From: Mayamaea pseudoterrestris
Taxonomy: Eukaryota
Reading direction: 5' to 3'
Assembly: GCA_027923505.1 (NCBI GenBank)
Contig: BROI01000003.1
Location: 868,001 to 932,000, forward strand
Length of the DNA stretch: 64,000 bases
Shown: piece after piece, positions 35,041-45,240 of the stretch
Layout of the letters: the number at the start of each line of letters is the position of its first letter
Position numbering within the stretch: the first letter of the stretch is position 1
Program-made: the position numbers and the translations under genes
The notes under the pieces: generated by a model
The model's database searches: none
What the model saw: only the letters and a program-made list of their open reading frames with translations
Told to the model about the DNA's origin: nothing

Positions 35041-37747
35041 CTACGCTCTCTCTACCGAATCTATTTCATCGGCCGTGTCGCAATCGCCAACATCATCTTG
35101 AAAGGAGTAAGGTTCATCCTCGGCAGTCCCCTCTTCTTCATCGTCCTCGGCTGCCTCTTGGTCCGCTCGGTCGGAGCACGATCCTCCTTCAAAACCAGTC
35201 TCCGAGTTATCTGCTTCCTGCGTTGCATCATTCATCTTCTTTGTTAGTACTGGCAAATGAGTCTCTCCATCAACACTCAAAAGCATAAGTAAAAGGCTCT
35301 CAGTAACCGGTCCTGGCGACTCGGTCGTTGGAGGGGAGTCGGTCAATACGCAGTGAAAACAACGCTTGCGAGGATCGACATCTGACATGAAAGTCACCTA
35401 CAGAGGAAACGATTGAGCGACAACATTAGATTTTGCAAAAAAGGGCGTGGAAACTCTTCATTGCGTACATACCGTAATGTAGAGCTGCCTCTGATCGCAG
35501 GCATGGAATTTGATGCAAGGAAGGGTCGTCGCGAGGTAGTTGCCAACGGGCTGCGATTTGTTACGAAGTGCCTTGGCAACAATCTCGAACAAATTTGCAA
35601 GCTTGCTGCATTTTACCAATCCAAATATCGTCGCCTTCTTTATCGTCTCTTCGTTAAAACCCGTAGCCCTCAGAAAAAAATCATTCCAAGCAAGGATGCG
35701 ACCATCGGTTGTGGCCAGAAGCTGCGGTATGTTTGAGTTGATAAACACTTCCTTGAAATCAAGATCGAATCCTTGTCGTGCCAATGATAGCTCGGCTGAA
35801 GTCATATGTTTTCGTTTATGAACGTGCCTGTTGGAATACTCGCGCTGCTCTTCGGCTTTGCGTTTAGCGACGGCAGCATCCGAAGCTTCGTCATCTGAAT
35901 AGTTTTCATTGTTGTCGTCATTCGAGCACTCTTGAACCTGCTCAGAGGCTGCTTCGTCTGACCCACTCCCGCTATTTGACCCTCCCGTAGAGCCCTTATT
36001 GCTGTCTGTAAGATCGGAGACACTCTCCATGTTTCTCATTTTCACCGTATCGTCAGGATCTGATCCATTCGACGACGTTCCAGTTGATGTGCTCGATTCT
36101 TGGTACCTCAATCGCTTCGCTTGATGCTTGTGCTCGGAATGGTTCAGTTCCGCATCACAAGCAGACGCGTGCCGCTTCTTGTCGTCGCTGCACGCAGCAG
36201 AAGGAGTACTATCGCTGTCTTGATCGTTCTTTTTCTCGTGTGCCGATGCCGAGCCCGACGAGACGGTCAAAGATGACGTTGTGCTTTCAGGTTCCGACCG
36301 ATCGCTCTGGTTCTTGACGTCCTCCAGCTTTTTCCTCTCAGCCTCAAGATCACATTGTGTCTTCTTGACTGTTGCCTCCTTATCCTCGTTTATCTTTACA
36401 AGATGACGAATGTAATCAGCGCAACTGTAACGAATCAAATGAAAGGTGATGATACAAGTTAGCAACACAAATTAGCCGCTCTTGCAGACCCAACCATCTC
36501 CTTAGCACGACGTACCAGGATAAAGTATTAAACTTGCTCTTGTTCAAACCAACTTGCCACCCGTCCTTTTCCATTTTCATGCGCAAGTTTTCAATCAGCG
36601 TTGTAATTTTTTGCGCGCGACGCTGCTCCTTAACATTCTTCGTGTTGTTCTTGGTGTTTGCCATACGAAGATTACCCAAAAGCGGTTGTGGCAAGCCCAT
36701 GTTGTGCTGAGGATGGAATCCGTTAACGGCAATGCCAAACGGGTACTGTTGAAAATCTTGTAGCATCTGCGACGGCGTTCCTGTTACACCAGCTGTCTGC
36801 TGCGAACTCAGAAAGTTGGCTCGTAACTCTGCCGAAGCGTCCACTGAAAATAGTGGCGCAAGCGGGTTCGAAAAGTTATTGGTCGCCGTGTTTTGGGACG
36901 CGATATGAGTCGCCGCAACCGCTGCAGGCTTGGTGAACGTGTACGGAGCTGGCGAGCCAGTTGCTTGTTGTTGTGCGCGACTGGCTGGAACGGGATACGT
37001 ACACTGCTGCTGCAAATTTTGTGTCTGTTGTTGAGCCGTGTTTTTAAAGTGAAGTGCTTGCTGCGCCGCTTGCAAAACTAACGGCAACGGAAGCGTCACA
37101 CCCGCCGCTAAAGCATTCATTGCCAGCGGCAAAAGAGCCGCACTTGTGAGGTCAAACTGAGACTGCTGTTGTTGAGACATTGAGCTGTCGTCGTGGCTAA
37201 TGGATGATAAATCCGCGTTTTCCGCAGAAGGCCCTGCTGCGCCATGAGGAGGGCAGTTCGCTGACGAGAGAATCGCGCGCGGATCCATAGATCGCTGATG
37301 ATGCGACAGTGGCATGTTAGCAATGCTTGAAAGCATCTGCTGGAAGGAGCTGGTGGTAGAAGATGAACCTGCATCTGATACAGATACTGTAGTTGCGCCT
37401 TGATATTGCTGAGCGTTTGCCTCAGACGACATTCCAGGAAACATCATCATGTGATCCGATGTTGCGCCCGGCTGCTGCATGGAGGAAGAGTCGCTTCCTG
37501 CTACCCAAAGATATTTACTCGTCGATGGCTTTGCATGCTGTAAACCATCGTTGGTATAACTGATGCGAGACTGGCGATGAACATTTGCTTGTGATGTTCT
37601 TTCCTGGTCGATACTTTCCCTCAAGGTGTGTGCCGCATTCGTTCCAGCAGGTTCATGATCCTGTTCGGCTGCAGTGTCCCAGCAGTCGAAGAGCTCCGAG
37701 TCAAAGTCCCCATTTAGGGCGAGATCCATTTCATTGTTGTCATCCAT
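35041..37747 (-). CDS. bHLH-PAS transcription factor, 3 exons
   Basis: bHLH KNVKEQRRAQKITTLIENLR...SKFNTLSC|CADYIRHL (intron ~36515-36425); PAS DFKEVFINSNIPQLLATTDGRILAWNDFFLRATGF; intron ~35472-35398. Confidence 0.8.
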
Positions 37748-38465
37748 AACAGTGGAGTAAATGGTTTTTTGGCTGATGTGACGATGTGACTGGGCTACCA
37801 ATAGTTCGTTCTCCCACAGTGATGGCTTGTGTTCGTTAGCGCGTTCTGCATGCAGGCACCGAGATAGGATGAACGTAAGATGATTGCTTCTTGGATTGTA
37901 ATGTTGTAAACTTGCCTACTCTGGCGGACAATTTTATGCATATCGATCGATGGCTTTTGTGGTCCATGCCTGCTGGTCAACCCGCCATCTTGATTCGAAG
38001 TCGGCCGAGCAGATGGAGGAAGCAGAGGGCAATAGTAAGGGTCTGCATGCGTGGCACGATCAAATAAAGTCAACTTAACCCTCGCCTTCTCAGAAGGCTA
38101 GAAGGCAGATGGCTTAGCATGGAGGTGACTCATGTATTTAAGCCACACATTCGTTTGGAAAATAGAGTTGCCGTGAAAACGTTGACGTTTTTCGGTTGTG
38201 ACTCCGAATTCGCACCGACGATGGTCGAGTACATATTATGTACAGTACCGTAAATCTGCCGTCCTACCGATGGCTGTACAGACGTGAAGTATTCTCCGTA
38301 CAGCTTTAAGCAATATGCTATCTATTGATTAGAGTACACTTTGTTTGATCTAACACATTCCCGGGGCGGGAGGTGGTAGGAACAAAGGTTTGACAATGAC
38401 CGCAAAGCATTATCTTGCATGCTGCATGCTTCACATGCGCAAGCCCTGCCAAGCTAAGTCTCAAA

Positions 38466-39995
38466 CTACAGATAATCGTGTTCATTAGCTTCTTCATCAT
38501 CGTCGAGCGGCGAATCTACCAGTGCTTCAAGACCAGCGTCAAATTTGTACAAACATGTCGATTCCTCGCCTTGCATCTGGGGTGGAATAAAAGTGGAGAC
38601 CACTAATAGCTCCGCATCGTCCCGACTCTCCCAAGTAGCTCCCTTGCTGAGAAATGGAAGGTGTATCCGCTCCCGTTTTGCTTCGTCAAGGTCTTCCAAG
38701 GCCGACACATTGTGCTCAGCGACCAGAAGCGCCGCAAACGCGAGATTATCGAAGGAGATTGGATTTGATATACTTGCCGTCTCATGATGTGACATTACAT
38801 GCGTTCGTATACGATCGTCAAGAGGCTGCACACCAGCGGGATGATGCCCTATCCAAAGGTTGACCAGAAACGTGATTCGGTACTCAATGTCAGTGGCCGA
38901 CGTTGTCTCATCTCGAGATGGTTTTCGAAGCGCGTAGTGCGACGGGGCGCCATGCAGCAGTGATCCATCAAAGACAATGTGTTTTCCTCGTCGAGGATGC
39001 GACAAATACATGGTGGATATTGGATCGTCATCTGGCTGGTCATAGCGTCTTGACAGGACAACAGTTGGCGACGCTCCTTGCGATTGCGTCAAATAGGTAA
39101 CAGTTGCCAGTTTCGGAAACAGGCCAAGCCCAAAGGACTCGGCCAAGACTTCATCCTTGTCGTAGTGTAAATCGATTGCTTCCGCACCATCCGTGTGAGG
39201 TGAAACATCGTCGTCCGCTGTTGGATGCGAGACTGGCTTGACTTGCACCCACCACTCGGCTCCGCAAATAGTGGAGTTGTTTGTTTTCAAATTGTAGTTT
39301 TGCGCGTGGCGCTGATAGATGGCCCATGCTATCTCTTCCAACACGCAAAGGTGTTTTGAGGATTCTGCGATATATTGGTCCACCCAAAAGGTTTCTCGAG
39401 AATGCTGAACCAATTCGCGCGCTTCAAGGCAAAGTTTATTGTGCAAATCATCATTTTGTTTCAAGATGGGAATGCAGTAGGCGTCTAGATTACACTGGAA
39501 GTCTTGGCAATTGTCCGAGTCGGATGCAATGTCATCGTTTAACTCAGTGCACTGTAAGATGCTATTGTTCGCATTTCCTGCCATGACTCGAGCTGCCTCC
39601 TCCAATGAAGATTGTTGTATATCGCATCCTTTGCTTAGTGAATTACAGTCACAATATGACGGTCCCATTCCTGGCAAAGGAGCAAAGAAAATAATGAGAA
39701 AAATGACCGTCCAAGCGAGCAATGTGTACATCTAGTCGAGATGCAAGGCAAACCGAAACGCAGTACACAGTCTCACACATGGCATCTTACCAATATATTC
39801 CAGTCCTTCACATTCGGCATGACAAGAGTCGGCGCAGCCTTGACAGACACAAAGAACATTGGTTTCGTCTGTGCAACAGGTTCTGCAAATGTAAATGGCC
39901 TGCAAGCTTTGGTGCGCTCCGGTGACGGCAAATGAACAAAACTGAGACCATTCAGAGTCGCCTTCGACAGCAATGTTTCCGATTGTAGCGTTCAT
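38466..39995 (-). CDS. UBR-type zinc finger fused to a 2OG-Fe(II) oxygenase-like domain, 2 exons
   Basis: CSF...QAIYICRTC...VCQGCADSCH...G|MGPSYCDC (intron 39790-39671); LHYDKDE, LLHGAP, RITFLVNLW. Confidence 0.7.
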
Positions 39996-40263
39996 AGCGA
40001 CAAGAAGCTGAATGATCGCTAGTTGCAGGCTGCAAGTGATTTTTACGTGGATGCGAGATCAATGAGTCTTTATCGCAGCGGTAATGAGTGCGACACGCAT
40101 TATTTCATCTCCATGGCACCTCGTCGCGCCATCACACTCATCGACGATCGACGTCAAACAACTCCATAATCAATCAACCTTTATCGACGCCACCTTCGCT
40201 CAGTTGGAAGGGAAGGACTGAGTTTTCCAGGAAGCGATAAAAAATCGAGACCAATCAATTATC

Positions 40264-40824
40264 ATGCGACGACTGCCGCTTCTACCTCCTGCAATGTTGC
40301 AGACTAATGGCTCCTTCTACAACAGTTTGTCGAGGACGAGCCGGCTGCTTTTCTTGGTCTTGTCGTTGAAACTGCTTGGACCTTGCTCGTCCTTCTTCAT
40401 TCAATCTCAATCAAGAAATCCCAGCAATATAGCGCTATCCATGGCGACCAAGACTGGAGCGAAACGAATCAAATCGTCTGATGACTTCCAGGAGTATGTC
40501 CTCGACACCGATGGAACAAAACCAGTCATGGTCTTCTTTACCGCTCCTTGGTGCGGACCTTGCAGTCTAAGCATTCCTGTGGTAAAGGACTGCATTAAGC
40601 AATACACCGACAAGATTCTGGCCTACGAAATTTGTACCGACGATACGCCAGAAATTGCAGAGTCTTCCGGCGTTTTGAGTATACCTACAATTCAGATGTA
40701 TTGCAAAGGAAAGCTAACGGAAACGATTGTCGGTGCTGTAGCAAAGTCAGTTCTTTGTAACGCTATTGACGATTTAATAGACGACACTGCCAAACTCTTT
40801 GGCGTTGATGCGGATCGGCAATGA
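40264..40824 (+). CDS. Thioredoxin, probably plastid-targeted (m-like)
   Basis: PVMVFFTAPWCGPC, SIPT; presequence with CSS-FFI. Confidence 0.85.
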   Translation: MRRLPLLPPAMLQTNGSFYNSLSRTSRLLFLVLSLKLLGPCSSFFIQSQSRNPSNIALSMATKTGAKRIKSSDDFQEYVLDTDGTKPVMVFFTAPWCGPCSLSIPVVKDCIKQYTDKILAYEICTDDTPEIAESSGVLSIPTIQMYCKGKLTETIVGAVAKSVLCNAIDDLIDDTAKLFGVDADRQ

Positions 40825-40922
40825 TAACATGCTAAACAGTCACGCAAGCTACCGGTACACTTACTGTAAATTGAACATTCACTGCGCCATTGCTTTATCT
40901 CAATCGCAAACTACATAAAATT

Positions 40923-42785
40923 CTAGGAACGAAGGTCACGCCAGTGCTGAGGAAATCGTTGGTCGTCAATCTCAATCCAGTGTCGAAAGGCACCAGGAGC
41001 GTGCATGTCCGACGTGTAGGGTCGATCGGTCAAGGTAACGGCTGCGTGAGCAACTCCCTCGACCTGCGCAATCTCGTTGGTTCCTTTCACTCGAGCCTTG
41101 ACCGTGTACGTGTAGCTTCCCTTTTCGTCCATGTCACGATCCACCAAGTCACAAATGACAAGATCCATTCCATTCATATCAGCATCAGTGCGAGGGCCCG
41201 TCCATTGCAAAATTTGCTGATCTTGAGTGTTGACCTTTGGACGACCATCTTCCACCTCCTCCGCCTTGATGAAACAGGCGGTGATGACTCCCTCTGGATA
41301 TGGAATCTTTCCAACCTTTAGGTCGACTGGATACGGCTTGTCCGCATATTCCTTGGCAACATCCATTGCCCTTTGGGTCCACGAGGTCTTCCTTCGTGCA
41401 CGCTTGTACTTTTGCCATGCTTCTTCCCACTTTGCACCATAGTTGATTAAAACTTCGTCGCCCTTTTTAATGTCTTGCACCGCCACTATTTGAAAGACGG
41501 CGGAAAGCTGCGGGCTGTATTTGAGCTCCTGTAGCGTTCCAGCTGTAAGCTCATCTCTACTGACAACGTCATCATGCTCCGACCAGTCGACGTAGGCATT
41601 GAACTCCTCTGAGTCATGATTCATGTATGCCACGTACGGAGACGTCGGCAGAAAGACGACGGACGACTCCGAGTGTCCAAACGCATAGTTCATGGCAAGT
41701 TGCTCTCCTATTTTTGTGTCAAGATCAAACTCGATGACTTTTTTCTCGTCGTCTTTGCTATTAACCTCCTCACTCCTGTACATGTCGAACATGTCCTTGT
41801 ACATAGTGATCATGGGCGACACGGAAATGATATCGCCGACGTCAAAGTCGCGCGTGGCAAACGCTCCAAACCCAGCGTCCTTTTTGGTGCTTGGCTTAAC
41901 TTCAAGCGTGTCGACACAGACTCCTCTATCCTCGAGCCAATCTGGCGATTTAATCATGTCTTGGTTGCGATACAAAAAGGTGCCTCCGAGTTGGGATGCC
42001 TCATGAATCTTCTTTGGTGTCGCCGGAAGCAACGATCGGATCGACTTGGCCCTCCGACCATGGTGCGGTCCAAGAATCGACTCACGCATAAAGTCCACCA
42101 CTTCCAGTCCCAGTTCTCCACTTAAATTTTCCTTGTACAGTGTCAAGTAGTCATTCATTCGCTTCATTATCGCATCAGCTCCTTGGTAGTCCCAACGAGT
42201 CAGTAATTGCTCGTAAACATCGTCTTTGTTGATTTCCGGATCCCAAACCTCCCCAAAGTTGGCAAAGAGCTCCATTCCCACAGGTATATCAGCAGATGCT
42301 CGCATGGTCATGTTAAAGTAGGAACTGGTGGCACCTCGACTCGGATGTGGCTGGCTAGATGGCCTCGTCCAAGCCTCTGGATACTGTCGGTTGAAAACGG
42401 CCGATTGCACCCAGTCAATGTTCGAGTATCCTGCATGGTAGTTGGCCAAAACTCCAACGCCAGGCACCAATATGGTTGATGAGTGATTTCCCTCCCATTT
42501 GGCAGTGCCAGCGTAGTCGGCTGTCCAAAAGAATGTTTCGAGCGCCTGCATGATTTCCGGATAGGTGCTCGAATGCGGACCGTCCTGAAAATCGACCATG
42601 GGAATGCCAATTTCCATATTGGGGAGTGTGTCATTGACTTTGAAAGTAACTCCGGCGTAGAGACCATACTTGGGAGCATCTGATTCGTAAAGGTGCGACC
42701 GAGCAAGCCAAAGACGACATGGCTCGTCATCTTGCATTGCGGCTTGAGCGAGGCCAACGAGAAGCCAGCAAACAGCAATCCTCAT
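40923..42785 (-). CDS. Second signal-peptide tandem SET-domain methyltransferase (BacSET-like)
   Basis: Signal peptide; ASADIPVGMELFANFG; AYMNHDS...AVQDIKKGDEVLINYG; shares HPxRGA and AFRHxIE motifs with the 25-kb gene. Confidence 0.85.
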   Translation of the reverse strand: MRIAVCWLLVGLAQAAMQDDEPCRLWLARSHLYESDAPKYGLYAGVTFKVNDTLPNMEIGIPMVDFQDGPHSSTYPEIMQALETFFWTADYAGTAKWEGNHSSTILVPGVGVLANYHAGYSNIDWVQSAVFNRQYPEAWTRPSSQPHPSRGATSSYFNMTMRASADIPVGMELFANFGEVWDPEINKDDVYEQLLTRWDYQGADAIMKRMNDYLTLYKENLSGELGLEVVDFMRESILGPHHGRRAKSIRSLLPATPKKIHEASQLGGTFLYRNQDMIKSPDWLEDRGVCVDTLEVKPSTKKDAGFGAFATRDFDVGDIISVSPMITMYKDMFDMYRSEEVNSKDDEKKVIEFDLDTKIGEQLAMNYAFGHSESSVVFLPTSPYVAYMNHDSEEFNAYVDWSEHDDVVSRDELTAGTLQELKYSPQLSAVFQIVAVQDIKKGDEVLINYGAKWEEAWQKYKRARRKTSWTQRAMDVAKEYADKPYPVDLKVGKIPYPEGVITACFIKAEEVEDGRPKVNTQDQQILQWTGPRTDADMNGMDLVICDLVDRDMDEKGSYTYTVKARVKGTNEIAQVEGVAHAAVTLTDRPYTSDMHAPGAFRHWIEIDDQRFPQHWRDLRS

Positions 42786-43129
42786 TGTTTTGAGTTCTTC
42801 GGTAATGCGAGAGGTCTAGAGGAATGATATTAGCACCTTTTGTCGCTACGAAAGATCGTCGAGCTTCACTCGGCTGTTCCACTTCCGTTCATCCATGGCA
42901 ATGGCGAATGAGGCTTTGGATGCCACACGTATCTCAGCGGTTATGAGAATGTCTGACCGTTACTGACGTTCTCTCGTGAGTGCGTCAGCTTTCTTCTCCG
43001 CTCAAACAACATGGCTGCCCTCCGTTTTTCCAAGCGCTTCGAGTTGATGTCAGCTCCCAGATGGTCGTGTGATGGATGATCGACCATCAGCGCATAATTG
43101 ATAGTGATTTATAGAAGATCAGCAATAAC

Positions 43130-43549
43130 ATGATTCAATCCCCTTTCATCATCCTTCTTTCCGCTCTGTTTGTATGTACATATTCTTTCACATCGCAACC
43201 ATGCTTTGCCTCGCGGACAAGGCAACTACAAATACCCAACTATTCACACGCTTCATTCACGCGATCAATGTCAGAACAAAAGCAACAAGAAGGTATTATT
43301 GAGCTTGACGACGAAGTAGAGAGCACACGCGACACCAAGACAGACGCGGCGACTCCAGGAGCAGTCCCATTCTTATCACAAGGCGAGATTCTACCCGAGT
43401 CACTCAATCCAGATTTGTCTGATCCCAAACAGGCGAGAGTAATAATCTACATCATTTTGTCACTGCTTCCCGTTTTGTTTTTGATACCATTCATGCTTGG
43501 GTCGCGAGATTTGATACCGCTGGAGGATCTGCCACCAGTGCAAATGTAA
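43130..43549 (+). CDS. Hypothetical plastid-targeted single-TM protein, copy 1
   Basis: Signal peptide with TYS-FTS; TM VIIYIILSLLPVLFLIPFML. Confidence 0.7.
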   Translation: MIQSPFIILLSALFVCTYSFTSQPCFASRTRQLQIPNYSHASFTRSMSEQKQQEGIIELDDEVESTRDTKTDAATPGAVPFLSQGEILPESLNPDLSDPKQARVIIYIILSLLPVLFLIPFMLGSRDLIPLEDLPPVQM

Positions 43550-43728
43550 ACTGATGGATTGAACAACTATTGATAGGGACAACGACGCGCATGCTATGGC
43601 AAAGGTCATTATAACTTTTAAACATTAAATCAAGTATAGATACTTCAGTAGAATGCGACTTCTTCCAGTCGTTTGCCTCGCCCTCACGCACCAACTCTGA
43701 CATTCACCGTCGGCCAACTGTCAGCAAG

Positions 43729-43977
43729 CTAATTGTCGCCCTTGACCTTCTTCAAAGCATCCTCAAACTTTTCATCCTTCTCGGCAGCATCAAACATGCT
43801 AAACATTTCTCCCAAGTCCAGGTCAAGACCGCCTTCATCGTCGTCGCTTGGTGCTGGTTCAGAAAACAGTCGCATCGATAAACGCGCACTACCAGTAGCC
43901 GGCAAAGGTACCACCGTGAACGCCGAAGCGCTTGATACGAGCATTGTCAGTAGGACTACAACACTAGTGGACTTCAT
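43729..43977 (-). CDS. Small hypothetical plastid protein, copy 1
   Basis: MKSTSVVVLLTMLVSSASA-FTV presequence and short acidic mature part; frame conserved in both copies. Confidence 0.7.
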   Translation of the reverse strand: MKSTSVVVLLTMLVSSASAFTVVPLPATGSARLSMRLFSEPAPSDDDEGGLDLDLGEMFSMFDAAEKDEKFEDALKKVKGDN

Positions 43978-44223
43978 TGTTCTGGTCTTGTGGTAGTGGT
44001 GATAAGGTTCCTGTTGACTGTGAGTTGGGTGATTGATGGGACGTGAGACGTCACTGCGCGCCCCGCGCCGCTTCAACTTATGCGTCATACATGTCGCAGC
44101 GACACATGACAGAATGACTGCAACTATGGTCATACAAGTAGTATAGTGCTTGTCATTCTGCTAACCTTTGCTCGCAATAAGGTACCTTTAGATTTAATTA
44201 TATGCATTATGTAATAAAGGCGC

Positions 44224-45240
44224 CTACTTGGCATTCGCGGCCAGCGATCGCCACCGGTTCACATTGAATGGCTTTCCAATGGCGTTTGTTTCAAGCATGC
44301 GCCCCGTACGTCCATCCAAAACGGCTAGCTGAGGAATCCCTTTAACCTGTAGGAAGCCCATCAACTGCTCTCGTGTATCATCATCAAATTCAACTGCTAG
44401 CCATGGCATGCTCTTGTAGTAGTCACGAAACGACGACTCATCATGGTCGGCCGACAGAAAGACCACTTCAATTGTCTTGCTAGCTCCCAGCGAGTTGTAC
44501 CAATTCACTAGCATGGAAGTGGCTTGTCGACAAGGGCCGCACCAATGTGCCGACGCGTACAATAGCACAAACTCTTTACCGCCTAAGGCGTCGGCAAGAG
44601 AAACGTGCGTTTCGCCTCGAAGCAAACTGCCTTTTTCAAGCGAGTTGAACAAGTTCTTGAGGCCTTGCGACAGCCCCAAGGCTACCACAGGTTCTGATGG
44701 CAGCGAGAATGGCAACTCAACGCCATCTAGTGCAACTGGTCGCACACGAAATTGATAACCCTGCGTGGATGTCAAGTTCTTCTTTCGGACCTCCGTTCCC
44801 GAAACCGACGCCGCAATCGTTTTCCACGGTTCACCGCCAACATTTTCTCGCATTTGAAGCTCGTAGGCAGTAGTGTTGTCAGCTGCACTCCATTGAACCT
44901 GCAAGGCTTGGTTGCTTCCTCCAAGCGTCACAACAGGGCAGGGCAACCGTTTCAATTCGTCGTCGTCCGAAAGCAAATGAAAAGGCTCGGAATGAATCAT
45001 CCATGGAGCATCGTCATCGTTACTGCTTGCAGACTTTGCTCTGAAGATAAATCCAACTTTGTTGGCGTCCTTCAAATGTTTTTTCCGAGCTTGTGTCGTT
45101 GTTAAACCATCAGAGAGTGTTTGGAAGGCTGACTCGTCTTGGTCGGCTCTGCGATACTGCAGAACGTACTTTGTCGTGCCATCTAATGGTCCCGGCCACG
45201 AAATGGTAATAGAGTCATTGGTGGCATCAATCAAGGGCAT
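44224..45240 (-). CDS. FN3-FN3-nucleoredoxin protein, copy 1 (start codon lies in Copia sequence)
   Basis: Two FN3 repeats (SITISW..YVLQYR; LQVQW..YELQMR..YQFRVR); LYASAHWCGPC, IEVVFLSAD, MPWLA. Confidence 0.8.
   Translation of the reverse strand: MPLIDATNDSITISWPGPLDGTTKYVLQYRRADQDESAFQTLSDGLTTTQARKKHLKDANKVGFIFRAKSASSNDDDAPWMIHSEPFHLLSDDDELKRLPCPVVTLGGSNQALQVQWSAADNTTAYELQMRENVGGEPWKTIAASVSGTEVRKKNLTSTQGYQFRVRPVALDGVELPFSLPSEPVVALGLSQGLKNLFNSLEKGSLLRGETHVSLADALGGKEFVLLYASAHWCGPCRQATSMLVNWYNSLGASKTIEVVFLSADHDESSFRDYYKSMPWLAVEFDDDTREQLMGFLQVKGIPQLAVLDGRTGRMLETNAIGKPFNVNRWRSLAANAK

Larger units (their letters stand above)
43008..45234. repeat. Segmental tandem duplication, copy 1
   Basis: Collinear with 47494-49744 from AACATGGCTGCC to GGCATCAATCAA. 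Confidence 0.95.

Noticed and set aside
38084..38106. GCCTTCT-C-AGAAGGC inverted repeat upstream of the bHLH-PAS gene
   Set aside because: Short, spacing does not match a heat-shock element, could arise by chance
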